Positions 1-8,584 of a stretch of DNA of 32,000 bases are shown here, piece by piece. The notes under the pieces were generated by a model. That model worked only from the letters and a program-made list of their open reading frames with translations. It did no database searches and was not told the origin of the DNA. Numbering within the stretch: position 1 is the stretch's first letter; the number at the start of each line of letters is the position of its first letter. The position numbers were made by a program, and so were the translations under genes. Source of the DNA: Phycisphaera mikurensis NBRC 102666 (GTDB lineage: Bacteria > Planctomycetota > Phycisphaerae > Phycisphaerales > Phycisphaeraceae); assembly GCF_000284115.1 (NCBI RefSeq), contig NC_017080.1:810001-842000 (forward strand), given 5' to 3'.

Positions 1-629
1 GGCGCGGGGACGCGGGCGTAGCGTGAATCGCCGGCCGGCGAGCCGCCCGCGTTGTGCCACTGCTCGTCGGCCGGGCCCGCCCCGGGCTTCGGCGTGCGGT
101 GCGTCGCGAAGAAGCCCACGTCCAGCAGGAAGGGCTTGCCCGCGGCGGCGCCGCCCGCGCGGTCGCCTCCGCTGCGCCGACGCAGGAACCCCGCCGCCAC
201 CTCCACCGTCGCCTCGTCAAGCCCCGCCCAGTCGTGCGGATCCACCCCGCGTCGCTTTCGGAACAGCTCGTCCGTGTACCCGAGGTCGCGCATCGACGCC
301 CCGTCCTCCAGCGTGTGGACGTGCTGCAGGCCGGCGAGGACCGTCTCGTACCCCGCGTCCCGCAGCACCGCCGGCATCGTCCGCTCCGGCTGCTCCAGCC
401 GCCCGCCGCGGTGCGTGAGGCCCATCATCCCGTTGCTGTGGGCGTAACGGCCCGAGAGCAGGCAAGCCCGGCTCGGCGAGCACGTCGGGTTGTTGCAGAA
501 GGCCTGCCGGTAGGTGACGCCCCGCTCGGCGAAACGCTGGAGATTCGGCGTGTCGACCGCGAAGCCGTAGGGGCTGGCGTGCCGGCCGGTGTCGTGGCTG
601 TGCAGGTAGAGGACGTTCGGGCGCGTCAT
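1..629 (-). CDS. sulfatase family protein, N-terminal part (runs off window start)
   Basis: Reverse translation MTRPNVLYLHSHDTGRHASPYGFAVDTPNLQRFAERGVTYRQAFCNNPTCSPSRACLLSGRYAHSNGMMGL contains the type I sulfatase CxPSR formylglycine motif (CSPSR). An alternative in-frame ATG lies at 638. Confidence 0.88.
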   Translation of the reverse strand, partial: MTRPNVLYLHSHDTGRHASPYGFAVDTPNLQRFAERGVTYRQAFCNNPTCSPSRACLLSGRYAHSNGMMGLTHRGGRLEQPERTMPAVLRDAGYETVLAGLQHVHTLEDGASMRDLGYTDELFRKRRGVDPHDWAGLDEATVEVAAGFLRRRSGGDRAGGAAAGKPFLLDVGFFATHRTPKPGAGPADEQWHNAGGSPAGDSRYARVPA

Positions 630-814
630 GGGCGGCATTCTGGCGTGCGGCGGAGGGCCGGCGACGGGCGCCCCCCCCGCCCCCGACCCCGGTGTCGATC
701 CGCGTTCATCTGTGGCTGGTCCCTCGCCCCTGGCGGTGACGCGCTTCGGGACAGTCTCCAGGCCCGCGCGGCCGCGTGCCCGGCCGCGGGGCGAGGCTTA
801 GCGTCCGCCCGCGC

Positions 815-2476
815 ATGCGACGGCGAAACCCTCCATCACCGCCTTGGGCGGCGGCCGCGGCGGCGGTGGCCGGCGTGCTCGCGGTGGCGGGGGTCCTGCT
901 CCGGGACCGCTTGGCGGAGCCCGGCGGCGCGGCGTTTTTCGGGGGCCTCGCGGCAACCGGGCTCGCGTTGCTGATCCCCGGCGTGCTGCTGGCGCCGCGC
1001 CGGCCCGCGGCGGGTCGCCTCCGGCGGGGCATGGCCCGCCTGTCGGACTTCTGGCTCGTGGCGGTGCCCGGCCTGCTGGTGCTGCACCTGCACCTGCTCG
1101 CCGTGACGGGGCGGCCGACCTGGTTCTACGCGTGGCTCCTCGTGGACCGCACCGCCCACGCCTGGGCGGGCCCGGAAGGCCTCACGCCCAACCTCGGGCT
1201 CTTCCTGCCGGTCGCCGCGTCGATGGGGCTGGCGATGGTCGCGGTCCGGCTCGCGGTGGGGCGGCTGCGGGGGCGCCGCCTGCCGGGCCGGGTGTACGCC
1301 TTGCTGCTGGCGGGCGGCGCCGCGGTGGCGTTGCACCCCGCCGGCTGGGCTTCGGCTCCCGGCGGGAGCCCCGGCGGCTGGGAGCGGGCGCTGCCGGAGG
1401 TGACCGGGCCCACGGGGGAGGCCACGCGGGACACCGTGCTGATCGTGCTCGAGTCGCTGCGGGCGGACGTGCTCGAGCCCCGAACGATGCCCCGCGCGTC
1501 GGCGCTGGCCGAGGGCGGCCTGGTGCTCGGGCGGCACCACGCCGGGGCGAACAGCTCGCTGCTCGGGCTGCACGGCCTGCTCACCGGCCGCCCGGCGGCA
1601 CACGCCGAGGCCGACCTCGCCGCCGGCGTGATGCCGCCGCTGCTCGCCGCCGCGCGCCGAGCGGGTTACCGCACCGCGTGGTTCGACGGCGGCCACGAGG
1701 CGGCGGGAGCGGGCGGCTTCGGCCGGCTCGCCGGCCCGGCGTTCTTCGACCGCCACCACGCCGGCGCGAACGACGACTGGGCCGCGGGCGACGCCTGGGC
1801 GCTCGACCGCCTCGCCGACACCCTGGCCGAGCCAAACCGCCCGCCGGTGTTCGCCGTCGTCTTCCTCGTGGCCACGCATTTCAACTACCCGCCACCGCCG
1901 GCCGACGAACGCCGCTTCGCGCCCGCCGCCGGCGACGGCGGCCTGCTCGTGCCGCGGCCGCCGACCGGTCCCTTCCGCACGCCGGTCGTCAACCGGTACC
2001 GCAACGCCGTGCACGCCGCCGACGCGCGGCTCGGCCGCTTCCTCGACCGGATCGACCTCGACGCCACCCGCATCGCCCTCACCGGCGATCACGGGCAGAG
2101 CCTCTACGACGACGGGACGATCGGCCACTGGAGCCGGCTCAGCGACGCGCAGACGCGCGTTCCCTTCTTCCTGACCGGGCCGGGCGTGCCCGCCGGCCGG
2201 ATCGACGCCACCACCGCCCACGCGGACGCCGCGGCCCTGCTGCTGCGGGTCCTGGTGGGCGCGCCGATCGATCTCGCGCCTCCCGAGCGGCCGACGCTGC
2301 TCGTGCAGTCCAATCCGGTCCGCGGCACGGAGGACTGGGTCGTCCTGGAGGGTGGCCGCCGCACCGCCTGGCTCCGCCGCGGCGACGCCTTCCGCCTCCT
2401 GGGTCCGATCGACACGCTCGGCCGGCTGCGACCGACGCCACCGCCCGGCGACACCCGCGTCACGCGGAGCGGCTGA
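815..2476 (+). CDS. membrane-anchored sulfatase/alkaline-phosphatase-superfamily protein (LtaS/EptA/YejM-like architecture)
   Basis: Several N-terminal hydrophobic helices, then DTVLIVLESLRADV, HHAGANSSLLGLHGLLTG and LTGDHGQSLYDDG. Start chosen at MRRRNPPSPPW; the track ORF begins at 776. Confidence 0.75.
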   Translation: MRRRNPPSPPWAAAAAAVAGVLAVAGVLLRDRLAEPGGAAFFGGLAATGLALLIPGVLLAPRRPAAGRLRRGMARLSDFWLVAVPGLLVLHLHLLAVTGRPTWFYAWLLVDRTAHAWAGPEGLTPNLGLFLPVAASMGLAMVAVRLAVGRLRGRRLPGRVYALLLAGGAAVALHPAGWASAPGGSPGGWERALPEVTGPTGEATRDTVLIVLESLRADVLEPRTMPRASALAEGGLVLGRHHAGANSSLLGLHGLLTGRPAAHAEADLAAGVMPPLLAAARRAGYRTAWFDGGHEAAGAGGFGRLAGPAFFDRHHAGANDDWAAGDAWALDRLADTLAEPNRPPVFAVVFLVATHFNYPPPPADERRFAPAAGDGGLLVPRPPTGPFRTPVVNRYRNAVHAADARLGRFLDRIDLDATRIALTGDHGQSLYDDGTIGHWSRLSDAQTRVPFFLTGPGVPAGRIDATTAHADAAALLLRVLVGAPIDLAPPERPTLLVQSNPVRGTEDWVVLEGGRRTAWLRRGDAFRLLGPIDTLGRLRPTPPPGDTRVTRSG

Positions 2477-2549
2477 CCTCGGAGCGATCCAGCCCGCAGC
2501 GCCCGCCTCCGACCCTCAGCCGGCGCGAGCCGGGGCACCGGAGGGTTCC

Positions 2550-5459
2550 TCACTTCGCCTCGAGCCAGTCCGCGCCCACGCTCGCCTCCACTTCCAGCGG
2601 GCAGCGGAGCGTCATTGCAGAGGACATCACCTCCCGCATCACGCCGGCGAGCTCGTCGGCCCGGCCGGCGGGGGCCTCGGCGACGAGCTCGTCGTGGACC
2701 TGCAGCAGGACGCGGAGCGGGAGGTCCTCGCTGCGGATCCGCCGGTCCAGGTCCACCATCGCCGTCTTGATGAGGTCCGCGGCGGAGCCCTGCACGACGC
2801 TGTTGATCGCCAGCCGCTCGGCGAGGCTGCGCTGGTTGGGGTTGCGGCTATCGATGCCGTCGATGACGCGGCGGCGGCCGAGGATCGTGGTGACGAAGCC
2901 GCTGTCGCGCGCCTGCGTCACGCACTGCTGCAGGAACCGGTCGATGCCGGCGTAGCGGGCCTTGTACGCGTCGATGAGCTCGGCGGCGCCGGCGTTGTCG
3001 AGGCCCTCGATCCGGCGGGCGAGGCCGAAGGCGGTGACGCCGTAGACGATGCCGAAGTTGATCGTCTTGGCGGCGTTCCGCTGCTCTTTCGTGACGCCGG
3101 CCTCGGCCACCTTGAAGACCTCGGCGGCGACCGCGGTGTGCACGTCGCGGTTCTCGGCGAAGGCTTCCAGCAGCGCTTCGTCTTCGGAGAGGTGCGCCAG
3201 CACGCGGAGCTCCACCTGGCTGTAGTCGGCGGCGATGAGCTTCATCCCCTCGGGCGCGACGAAGGCCGAGCGGATCTGCTTGCCCGTCTCGGTGCGGATC
3301 GGGATGTTCTGCAGGTTCGGGTCGCTGCTGGAGAGCCGGCCGGTGGCGGCGCCGGTGGGGTTGAAGGAGCAGTGGACGCGGGAGTCGCCGAGCTGCTGCG
3401 CGGCCGCCTGCAGCTGGGCGAAGTAGGTGCCGGTGAGCTTGCTGAGCATCCGGTACTCGAGCATTCCGGCGGGGAGGCCGTGGGCGGCGGTCGGGACGTT
3501 CGGCAGCGCCCCGTCGGCGGCGAGCCCGCTGAGCTTCTCGAGCACCTCGGCGTCGGTCGAGTAGCCGGTCTTGGTCTTCTTCTGCACGGGGAAGCCGAGG
3601 CGGTCGAAGAGCAGGGCGCCCAGCTGCTTCGGGCTGTCGAGGCTCGGCGGCTCCTCGCCCTCGGGCGTGGGCGAGGCTCCCTCGACGGCCGCCTCCATCT
3701 CCGCCTTCAGCTCGTCGGCCCGCTCCGCGAGGCGGGCCCGCTGCTCCTCCAGGCGGTCGGGATCGACGAGGATGCCGGCCCGCTCCATCTCGAAGAGGAT
3801 CGGGACCAGCGGCATCTCGACGTTCCTCGCCAGCTCCAGCACGCCGTTCTCCGCGCAACGCTTCTCCAGCAGGTTGCAAAGCCTCAGCGTGACGTCGGCG
3901 TCTTCGGCGGCGTAGGCGGTGACCCGAGCGAGGTCGCACGCGGCGATGGACTTCTGGGGCGGGTCGGCCTTCTTCCGCGGCTTCTCGCCGATGACCGCGG
4001 CGATGGGGATGCAGCGGTGGTCCAGCTCGGCGAGCGCGAGCGCGTCCATCCCCAGCCCCGGGGCGTTGCACAGGAAGGCGGCGACCATGCTGTCGAAGAC
4101 CGGGCCTTGCACCTCGACGCCGCCGTGGGCGAGCACGTGCAGGTCGTACTTGAAGTTCTGGCCGAGCTTGGCGACGGACGCGTCTTCGAGGAGCGGGCGG
4201 AGCAACTCGATCACCTCGGCTTCGCCGAGGTGCGTGTCGGGTTCTGGCGAGAGGACGGGGATGTACACCGCCTCGCCCTCCTTCCAGCTCATCGAGACGC
4301 CCGCCAGGCCGGTGTGGTGGCCCATGCCGAGGGTCTCGGTGTCGACCGCGACGCGGCCCGCGGACCGCGCGTCCTCCACCGCTTGTTCGACCGCGGTCCG
4401 CGACGTCAAGCAGGTGTAGCCGGCGTTGGCGAAGGCGGGGTACCTCGCGTCGTCGTCCTGCGGTTCGTCCTCGGCCGCCGGCGTGGCGAAGAGGCCCCCC
4501 GCCGGCGCCTCCTCCCTGGGGTCGGGCTGCTTCGCTCGGCCGAGGGAGGCTTCCGGGTTGTCGGCCGTCCGCTTCAGGCGGGCGAGCTCGCGCGGGTGGC
4601 CATTGAAGCCGCACCGCTCGAAGAGCGCGAGGAGGGCGGCGTCGTCGATGGCGTCGATGGAGACGGCGGCGTCGTCGGCGTCGAAGCCGGTCTCGACGTC
4701 GCGCATCAGCGTGACGAGCTGCTTGGAGAGCGCGAGCTGGCCGCTGGCGATCGCCGCCTCCAGCCGCTCCCTCTGCTTGCCCTTGAGCGTCGGCACGCCG
4801 GCGATGACGCCGTCGAGGTCGCCGAACTTCTCCAGCAGCTTCGATGCGGTCTTGGGCCCGATGCCCTCGACGCCGGGCACGTTGTCGCTGGTGTCGCCGA
4901 TGAGCGCCTGGTAGTCGATCGCTTGGGCCGGGGTGATGCCCTTCTTCTCCAGGAGCCCCGGCTCGTCGCGGACCTCCTGCGTCTGCACGTCGTAGAGCAC
5001 GACGCGGTCGGAGATGACCTGCTCGAGGTCTTTGTCCTTGCTGACCAGCGTGACGCGGAGCGCGGGGTCGGCCGCCGTCAGCCGGTCGGCCAGCGTGGCC
5101 ATGATGTCGTCGGCCTCGGCGCCGGGCACGGCGAGGACCGGCAGGCCGAACCCCCGAGCGATCTCGATCATCACGGGGATCTGCGGCTTGAAGTCCTCCG
5201 GCGGGGCAATCCGGTTGCCCTTGTACGCCGGGTCGAGCGCGTGGCGGAAGGTGGGCTCGTCGCTGTCGATCACCAGCGCCGCCCGCGTCGGCCGGCAGGT
5301 GTCGAAGAACTTGAGGAGCATGGCGGTGAAGGCGAACACCGCGCCCGTCGGCTCGCCGGTGACGGGGCTGGTCATGCCGCCGCGGATGGCGTGGTAGGCC
5401 CGGAAGAACTGGTAGTGGCCGTCGATGAGGTAGACGGTCTCGGGCTTCGCGTCGGGCAT
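2550..5459 (-). CDS. polA: DNA polymerase I
   Basis: 969 aa with the 5'-nuclease domain (VYLIDGHYQFFRAYHAI), 3'-5' exonuclease motifs (VDTETLG, NFKYDL, YAAEDAD), polymerase motif A DYSQVELRVLAHLS, O-helix RNAAKTINFGIVYG, and QVHDELVAE. Confidence 0.98.
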   Translation of the reverse strand: MPDAKPETVYLIDGHYQFFRAYHAIRGGMTSPVTGEPTGAVFAFTAMLLKFFDTCRPTRAALVIDSDEPTFRHALDPAYKGNRIAPPEDFKPQIPVMIEIARGFGLPVLAVPGAEADDIMATLADRLTAADPALRVTLVSKDKDLEQVISDRVVLYDVQTQEVRDEPGLLEKKGITPAQAIDYQALIGDTSDNVPGVEGIGPKTASKLLEKFGDLDGVIAGVPTLKGKQRERLEAAIASGQLALSKQLVTLMRDVETGFDADDAAVSIDAIDDAALLALFERCGFNGHPRELARLKRTADNPEASLGRAKQPDPREEAPAGGLFATPAAEDEPQDDDARYPAFANAGYTCLTSRTAVEQAVEDARSAGRVAVDTETLGMGHHTGLAGVSMSWKEGEAVYIPVLSPEPDTHLGEAEVIELLRPLLEDASVAKLGQNFKYDLHVLAHGGVEVQGPVFDSMVAAFLCNAPGLGMDALALAELDHRCIPIAAVIGEKPRKKADPPQKSIAACDLARVTAYAAEDADVTLRLCNLLEKRCAENGVLELARNVEMPLVPILFEMERAGILVDPDRLEEQRARLAERADELKAEMEAAVEGASPTPEGEEPPSLDSPKQLGALLFDRLGFPVQKKTKTGYSTDAEVLEKLSGLAADGALPNVPTAAHGLPAGMLEYRMLSKLTGTYFAQLQAAAQQLGDSRVHCSFNPTGAATGRLSSSDPNLQNIPIRTETGKQIRSAFVAPEGMKLIAADYSQVELRVLAHLSEDEALLEAFAENRDVHTAVAAEVFKVAEAGVTKEQRNAAKTINFGIVYGVTAFGLARRIEGLDNAGAAELIDAYKARYAGIDRFLQQCVTQARDSGFVTTILGRRRVIDGIDSRNPNQRSLAERLAINSVVQGSAADLIKTAMVDLDRRIRSEDLPLRVLLQVHDELVAEAPAGRADELAGVMREVMSSAMTLRCPLEVEASVGADWLEAK

Positions 5460-5562
5460 GCGGCGAGGGTAGAAGTGGGGGGGGACGCAGCGGGAGGTTC
5501 TTGTGCGGAGGGGCTATTTGGTCCGCGACGGGCGGGGGTAGCGGGTTGGACCGGGGTTGGGT

Positions 5563-5660
5563 GAGAGACGAAGAGACGGAGACAGCAAGACAGAGCGAAC
5601 GCCGAGCGAAGCGACGGCGCGTCATGTCCGTCTTCGTCTCTTCGTCTCTTCGTCTCTTCG
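5563..5660. repeat. inverted arrays of the same 8-bp unit: gagagacgaagagacgga ... (cttcgtct)3cttcg
   Basis: Left arm 5563-5580; right array 5632-5660 with 3.6 copies of cttcgtct, the reverse-complement phase of AAGAGACG. Confidence 0.85.
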
Positions 5661-5685
5661 CCTCCCCCCCCGCCTAGCTTCCGCC

Positions 5686-6495
5686 ATGCCGGCCCGCTCC
5701 GCGAACCGCGCCTTCACGCTCATCGAGCTGCTCGTGGTGGTCTCGATCGTCGCGCTGCTGGTCGGGCTGCTGCTGCCGGCGCTGGGGGCGGCGCGGGAGG
5801 CCGCCCGCTCGGCGGCGTGCGGGAGCAACCAGCGGCAGCTGGGGATCACGCTGGCGGTGTACGCCAACGACTTCGAGGGTCAGCTGCCGCTCGGGCACGC
5901 GCTGGGGCCGCCGCCGGCCGGCTGGCGGCAGTACAACTACCTGGTGCGGACGGCGTCGGCGGATCCGGGCTGGCGCTGGATGGGGCTGCTCTATCTCAAC
6001 GGCGGCTTCGAGTCGCCGGAGGCCTTCTTCTGCCCCTCCGAGGCGGATCCGCTCCTGTCCTTCGACACCGTCGACAACCCCTGGCCGGTCCGCGGCGAGC
6101 CGCTGCCCGCGAGCAAGAGCACCCGCGTGGGCTACGGCGTGCGGCCGGTGGTCGCCTGGCCGTTCCCGGGCGGGGCGCCGATGCCGCGGCCGGCGGGCGG
6201 GCTGCCCTCCATCGAGGCGCTGCGGCCCGCGGACGCGGTGACCGCGGACCACGTGCACAAGCCCGATCGGGTCCGCGACCGCCACGGCGACGGCGTCAAC
6301 GCGGGGCGGGCGGACGGGAGCGTCGGCCGGGTGGGCTTGGACCGCCTCGCGGCGGTGGCGGTGGGTGGGGTGCGCTGGCTGGACACGGAAGGCGCGAGCT
6401 TCAGCCCGATCTTCAACGGCGTGATGCTGCGGGCGGCCGACGCGGCGGCGGGCGTGGAGGAAGCCGGCGTCTGGCACGAGCTCCGCGGTCCCTGA
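5686..6495 (+). CDS. type IV pilin-like / pseudopilin protein with prepilin N-methylation signal (planctomycete prepilin type)
   Basis: MPARSANRAFTLIELLVVVSIVALLVGLLLPALGAAREAARSAACGSNQRQLG; C-terminal HGDGVNAGRADGSVGRV resembles the H-x9-DG motif. Confidence 0.88.
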   Translation: MPARSANRAFTLIELLVVVSIVALLVGLLLPALGAAREAARSAACGSNQRQLGITLAVYANDFEGQLPLGHALGPPPAGWRQYNYLVRTASADPGWRWMGLLYLNGGFESPEAFFCPSEADPLLSFDTVDNPWPVRGEPLPASKSTRVGYGVRPVVAWPFPGGAPMPRPAGGLPSIEALRPADAVTADHVHKPDRVRDRHGDGVNAGRADGSVGRVGLDRLAAVAVGGVRWLDTEGASFSPIFNGVMLRAADAAAGVEEAGVWHELRGP

Positions 6496-6496
6496 G

Positions 6497-6542
6497 CCGC
6501 GGACCGCCGGGGATTTCGGCTCCAGAGCCGGACGGTCCGCGG
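6497..6542. repeat. 46-bp element copy 1: CCGCGGACCG-N26-CGGTCCGCGG
   Basis: Perfect 10-bp inverted arms at 6497-6506 and 6533-6542; spacer ccggggatttcggctccagagccgga contains an inner cggctc/gagccg hairpin. Begins 2 nt after the pseudopilin stop. Confidence 0.85.
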
Positions 6543-6561
6543 CGTCCTCTACCTTGCCCGC

Positions 6562-7512
6562 GTGCGTCCCCCCTCCGCCTCCACCTGCGGCTGGATCACC
6601 CTGGGCGTTGTCGCAGCGGCGTGCGTGCTGTCGCTGCCCTGGACGCTCGGGGCGTACGACCTCCAGCGGGTCGAGGTCGCGGGGAAGCTGCTGGCGCCGC
6701 CCTCGCTGGCGGAGCCCTTCGGCACCGACGCGCTGGGCCGCTCGGTGCTGGCCCGCTGCCTGCTCGGCGGGGCGATCTCGCTGGGGATCGGCCTCGCGGC
6801 GGCGCTGCTGGCGGTGCTGCTGGGCACCGCCTGGGGCCTGGTCGCCGGCTACGCGGGCGGCAAGGTCGATGCGGTGATGATGCGCTTGGTCGACGTGCTG
6901 TACGGGTTGCCGTACCTGCTGATGGTCGTGCTGCTGGGGCTGGCGGTCGCCGGCGTCGTGGCCGGCGTCGACGGCTGGGGGCTGGCGCAGGAAGAGGCGG
7001 CGGAAGCGGCGGGGCTGCCGGCGGAGCCGTGGTTCTTCGTGGCGTTCGTGCGGGAGCAGCGGGACCTGGTGGGCCTGCTCACGCTGGTGGTCGCGCTGGG
7101 CGGGGTGAGCTGGCTGACGATGGCCCGGGTGGTCCGGGGGCAGACGCTGTCGATCCGCCGGCGGCCCTTCATCGAGGCGACGCGGGCGCTGGGGCTGCCG
7201 CTGCCCCGGGTGCTGCTCCGGCACGTGCTGCCGCACCTCGCCGGCCCGGTCGTCGTCTACGCGACGCTGGCCGTGCCCACGGCCATCCTGCAGGAGAGCT
7301 TCCTCTCGTTCCTGGGCATCGGCGTGCGGGCCCCGCTGCCCAGCTGGGGCAACCTCGCGGCCGAGGGCGTGGCCGAACTGGGCGCGCTGGCGATCCCGGG
7401 GCTCGCGGTGGCGTGGTGGCTGCCGCTGTTCCCCTGCGGGCTGCTGGGGGTGACGCTGCTGGGGCTGAACCTCGCCGGCGACGGCCTGCAGAGCTCCGCT
7501 TCGCGGGGTTGA
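6562..7512 (+). CDS. ABC transporter permease, DppC/OppC-like
   Basis: GTDALGRSVLARCLLGG, RRRPFIEATRALGLPLPRVLLRHVLPHLAGPVVVYATLAVPTAILQESFLSFLGIG (typical EAA loop and C-terminal signature of DppC). Confidence 0.88.
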   Translation: MRPPSASTCGWITLGVVAAACVLSLPWTLGAYDLQRVEVAGKLLAPPSLAEPFGTDALGRSVLARCLLGGAISLGIGLAAALLAVLLGTAWGLVAGYAGGKVDAVMMRLVDVLYGLPYLLMVVLLGLAVAGVVAGVDGWGLAQEEAAEAAGLPAEPWFFVAFVREQRDLVGLLTLVVALGGVSWLTMARVVRGQTLSIRRRPFIEATRALGLPLPRVLLRHVLPHLAGPVVVYATLAVPTAILQESFLSFLGIGVRAPLPSWGNLAAEGVAELGALAIPGLAVAWWLPLFPCGLLGVTLLGLNLAGDGLQSSASRG

Positions 7513-7645
7513 TCGCCGCGTCGCTGCCGCCCGCGACGGCGGCTTGCGGCGGCGTCGGCTCGGCTCCAGAAACCGAGGGGCAGGGCGGCGGGCGGATCCG
7601 GCCCCGTCGCGAGGGGGGCCACGGCGACGCGTTTATGGTGCCGGC

Positions 7646-8536
7646 ATGTTCAAGCCCGCCGGCACGTTCACCGCCCTGATCACGCCTTTCCGGGGCGACG
7701 AAGTCGACTTCGAGGCGCTCCGGCAGAACGTGAAAGCCCAGGCCGACGCCGGCATCACCGGCGTCGTGCCCTGCGGGACGACCGGCGAGTCGCCGACGCT
7801 TAGCCACGCGGAGCACCGCGAGGTGATCGAGCGGACGATCGCCGCCGCGGCGGGCACCGGGATGACGGTGATGGCGGGCACGGGCAGCAACGCGACCAAA
7901 GAGGCGATCGACCTCACGCGGGCGGCGAAGGAGTCGGGCGCGGACGCGTCGCTGCTCGTGAATCCCTACTACAACAAGCCTTCGCAGGAGGGTCTCTACG
8001 CGCACGTGATGGCGGTCGCCGACGCGGTCGAGATCCCGATCGTGCTCTACAACATCCCCGGCCGCACCGGCGTGACCATGCTGCCCGAGACCATCGAGCG
8101 CCTCGCCGCCCACCCCCACGTCGTGGCCGACAAGGAGGCGACCGGCTCGCTGGACGTCGCCAGCGAGATCCGCCACCGCTGCGGCGACGGCTTCGCCGTG
8201 CTCTCCGGTGACGACTCGCTCACGCTGCCGCTGATGAGCGTCGGCGGCACCGGCGTGGTGAGCGTGCTCTCGAACCTCTTCCCCGCGGAGGTGAAGAGGC
8301 TGGTCGACGCGGCCGCCGCTGGCGACTTCGCCGGCGCGCTCGCGCAGCACGTCAAGCTCTTCCCGCTGTTCCGGGCGGTGCTGTCGATGGCGGTGAATCC
8401 CGTGGTCATCAAGACGGCGATGCGGCAGGCGGGCCTGGACACCGGCGGGCTGCGGCTTCCGCTGACCGGCATGAGCCCGCCGGCCGAGGCCGAGCTGCAG
8501 CGGATCGTGGGGGAGACCCGCTCGCGGCTGGGCTGA
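7646..8536 (+). CDS. dapA: 4-hydroxy-tetrahydrodipicolinate synthase
   Basis: MFKPAGTFTALITPFRGDEVDFEALR, GTTGESPTLSHAEH, LYNIPGRTGV, ADKEATGS (Schiff-base lysine), FAVLSGDDS. Confidence 0.96.
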   Translation: MFKPAGTFTALITPFRGDEVDFEALRQNVKAQADAGITGVVPCGTTGESPTLSHAEHREVIERTIAAAAGTGMTVMAGTGSNATKEAIDLTRAAKESGADASLLVNPYYNKPSQEGLYAHVMAVADAVEIPIVLYNIPGRTGVTMLPETIERLAAHPHVVADKEATGSLDVASEIRHRCGDGFAVLSGDDSLTLPLMSVGGTGVVSVLSNLFPAEVKRLVDAAAAGDFAGALAQHVKLFPLFRAVLSMAVNPVVIKTAMRQAGLDTGGLRLPLTGMSPPAEAELQRIVGETRSRLG

Positions 8537-8538
8537 TC

Positions 8539-8584
8539 CCGCGGATCGCGGGCCGGGATCGCCAGAATCAGCCGCGGTCCGCGG
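8539..8584. repeat. 46-bp element copy 2 (one arm mismatch): CCGCGGATCG-N26-CGGTCCGCGG
   Basis: Arms 8539-8548 and 8575-8584, spacer exactly 26 nt. Begins 3 nt after the dapA stop and overlaps the last codons of convergent rsmD. Confidence 0.8.

Noticed and set aside
2316-2325. Single CGGTCCGCGG words inside coding DNA (also at 4359, 6086, 11087)
   Set aside because: No paired arm at 26 nt was identified and they encode ordinary residues in conserved frames; treated as chance or possibly as unpaired words only.
2352-5564. 1070-aa plus-strand ORF opposite polA
   Set aside because: Composition is the mirror of GC-rich codons (RAEGGVDDVER type) with no recognisable domain; polA on the other strand is unequivocal.
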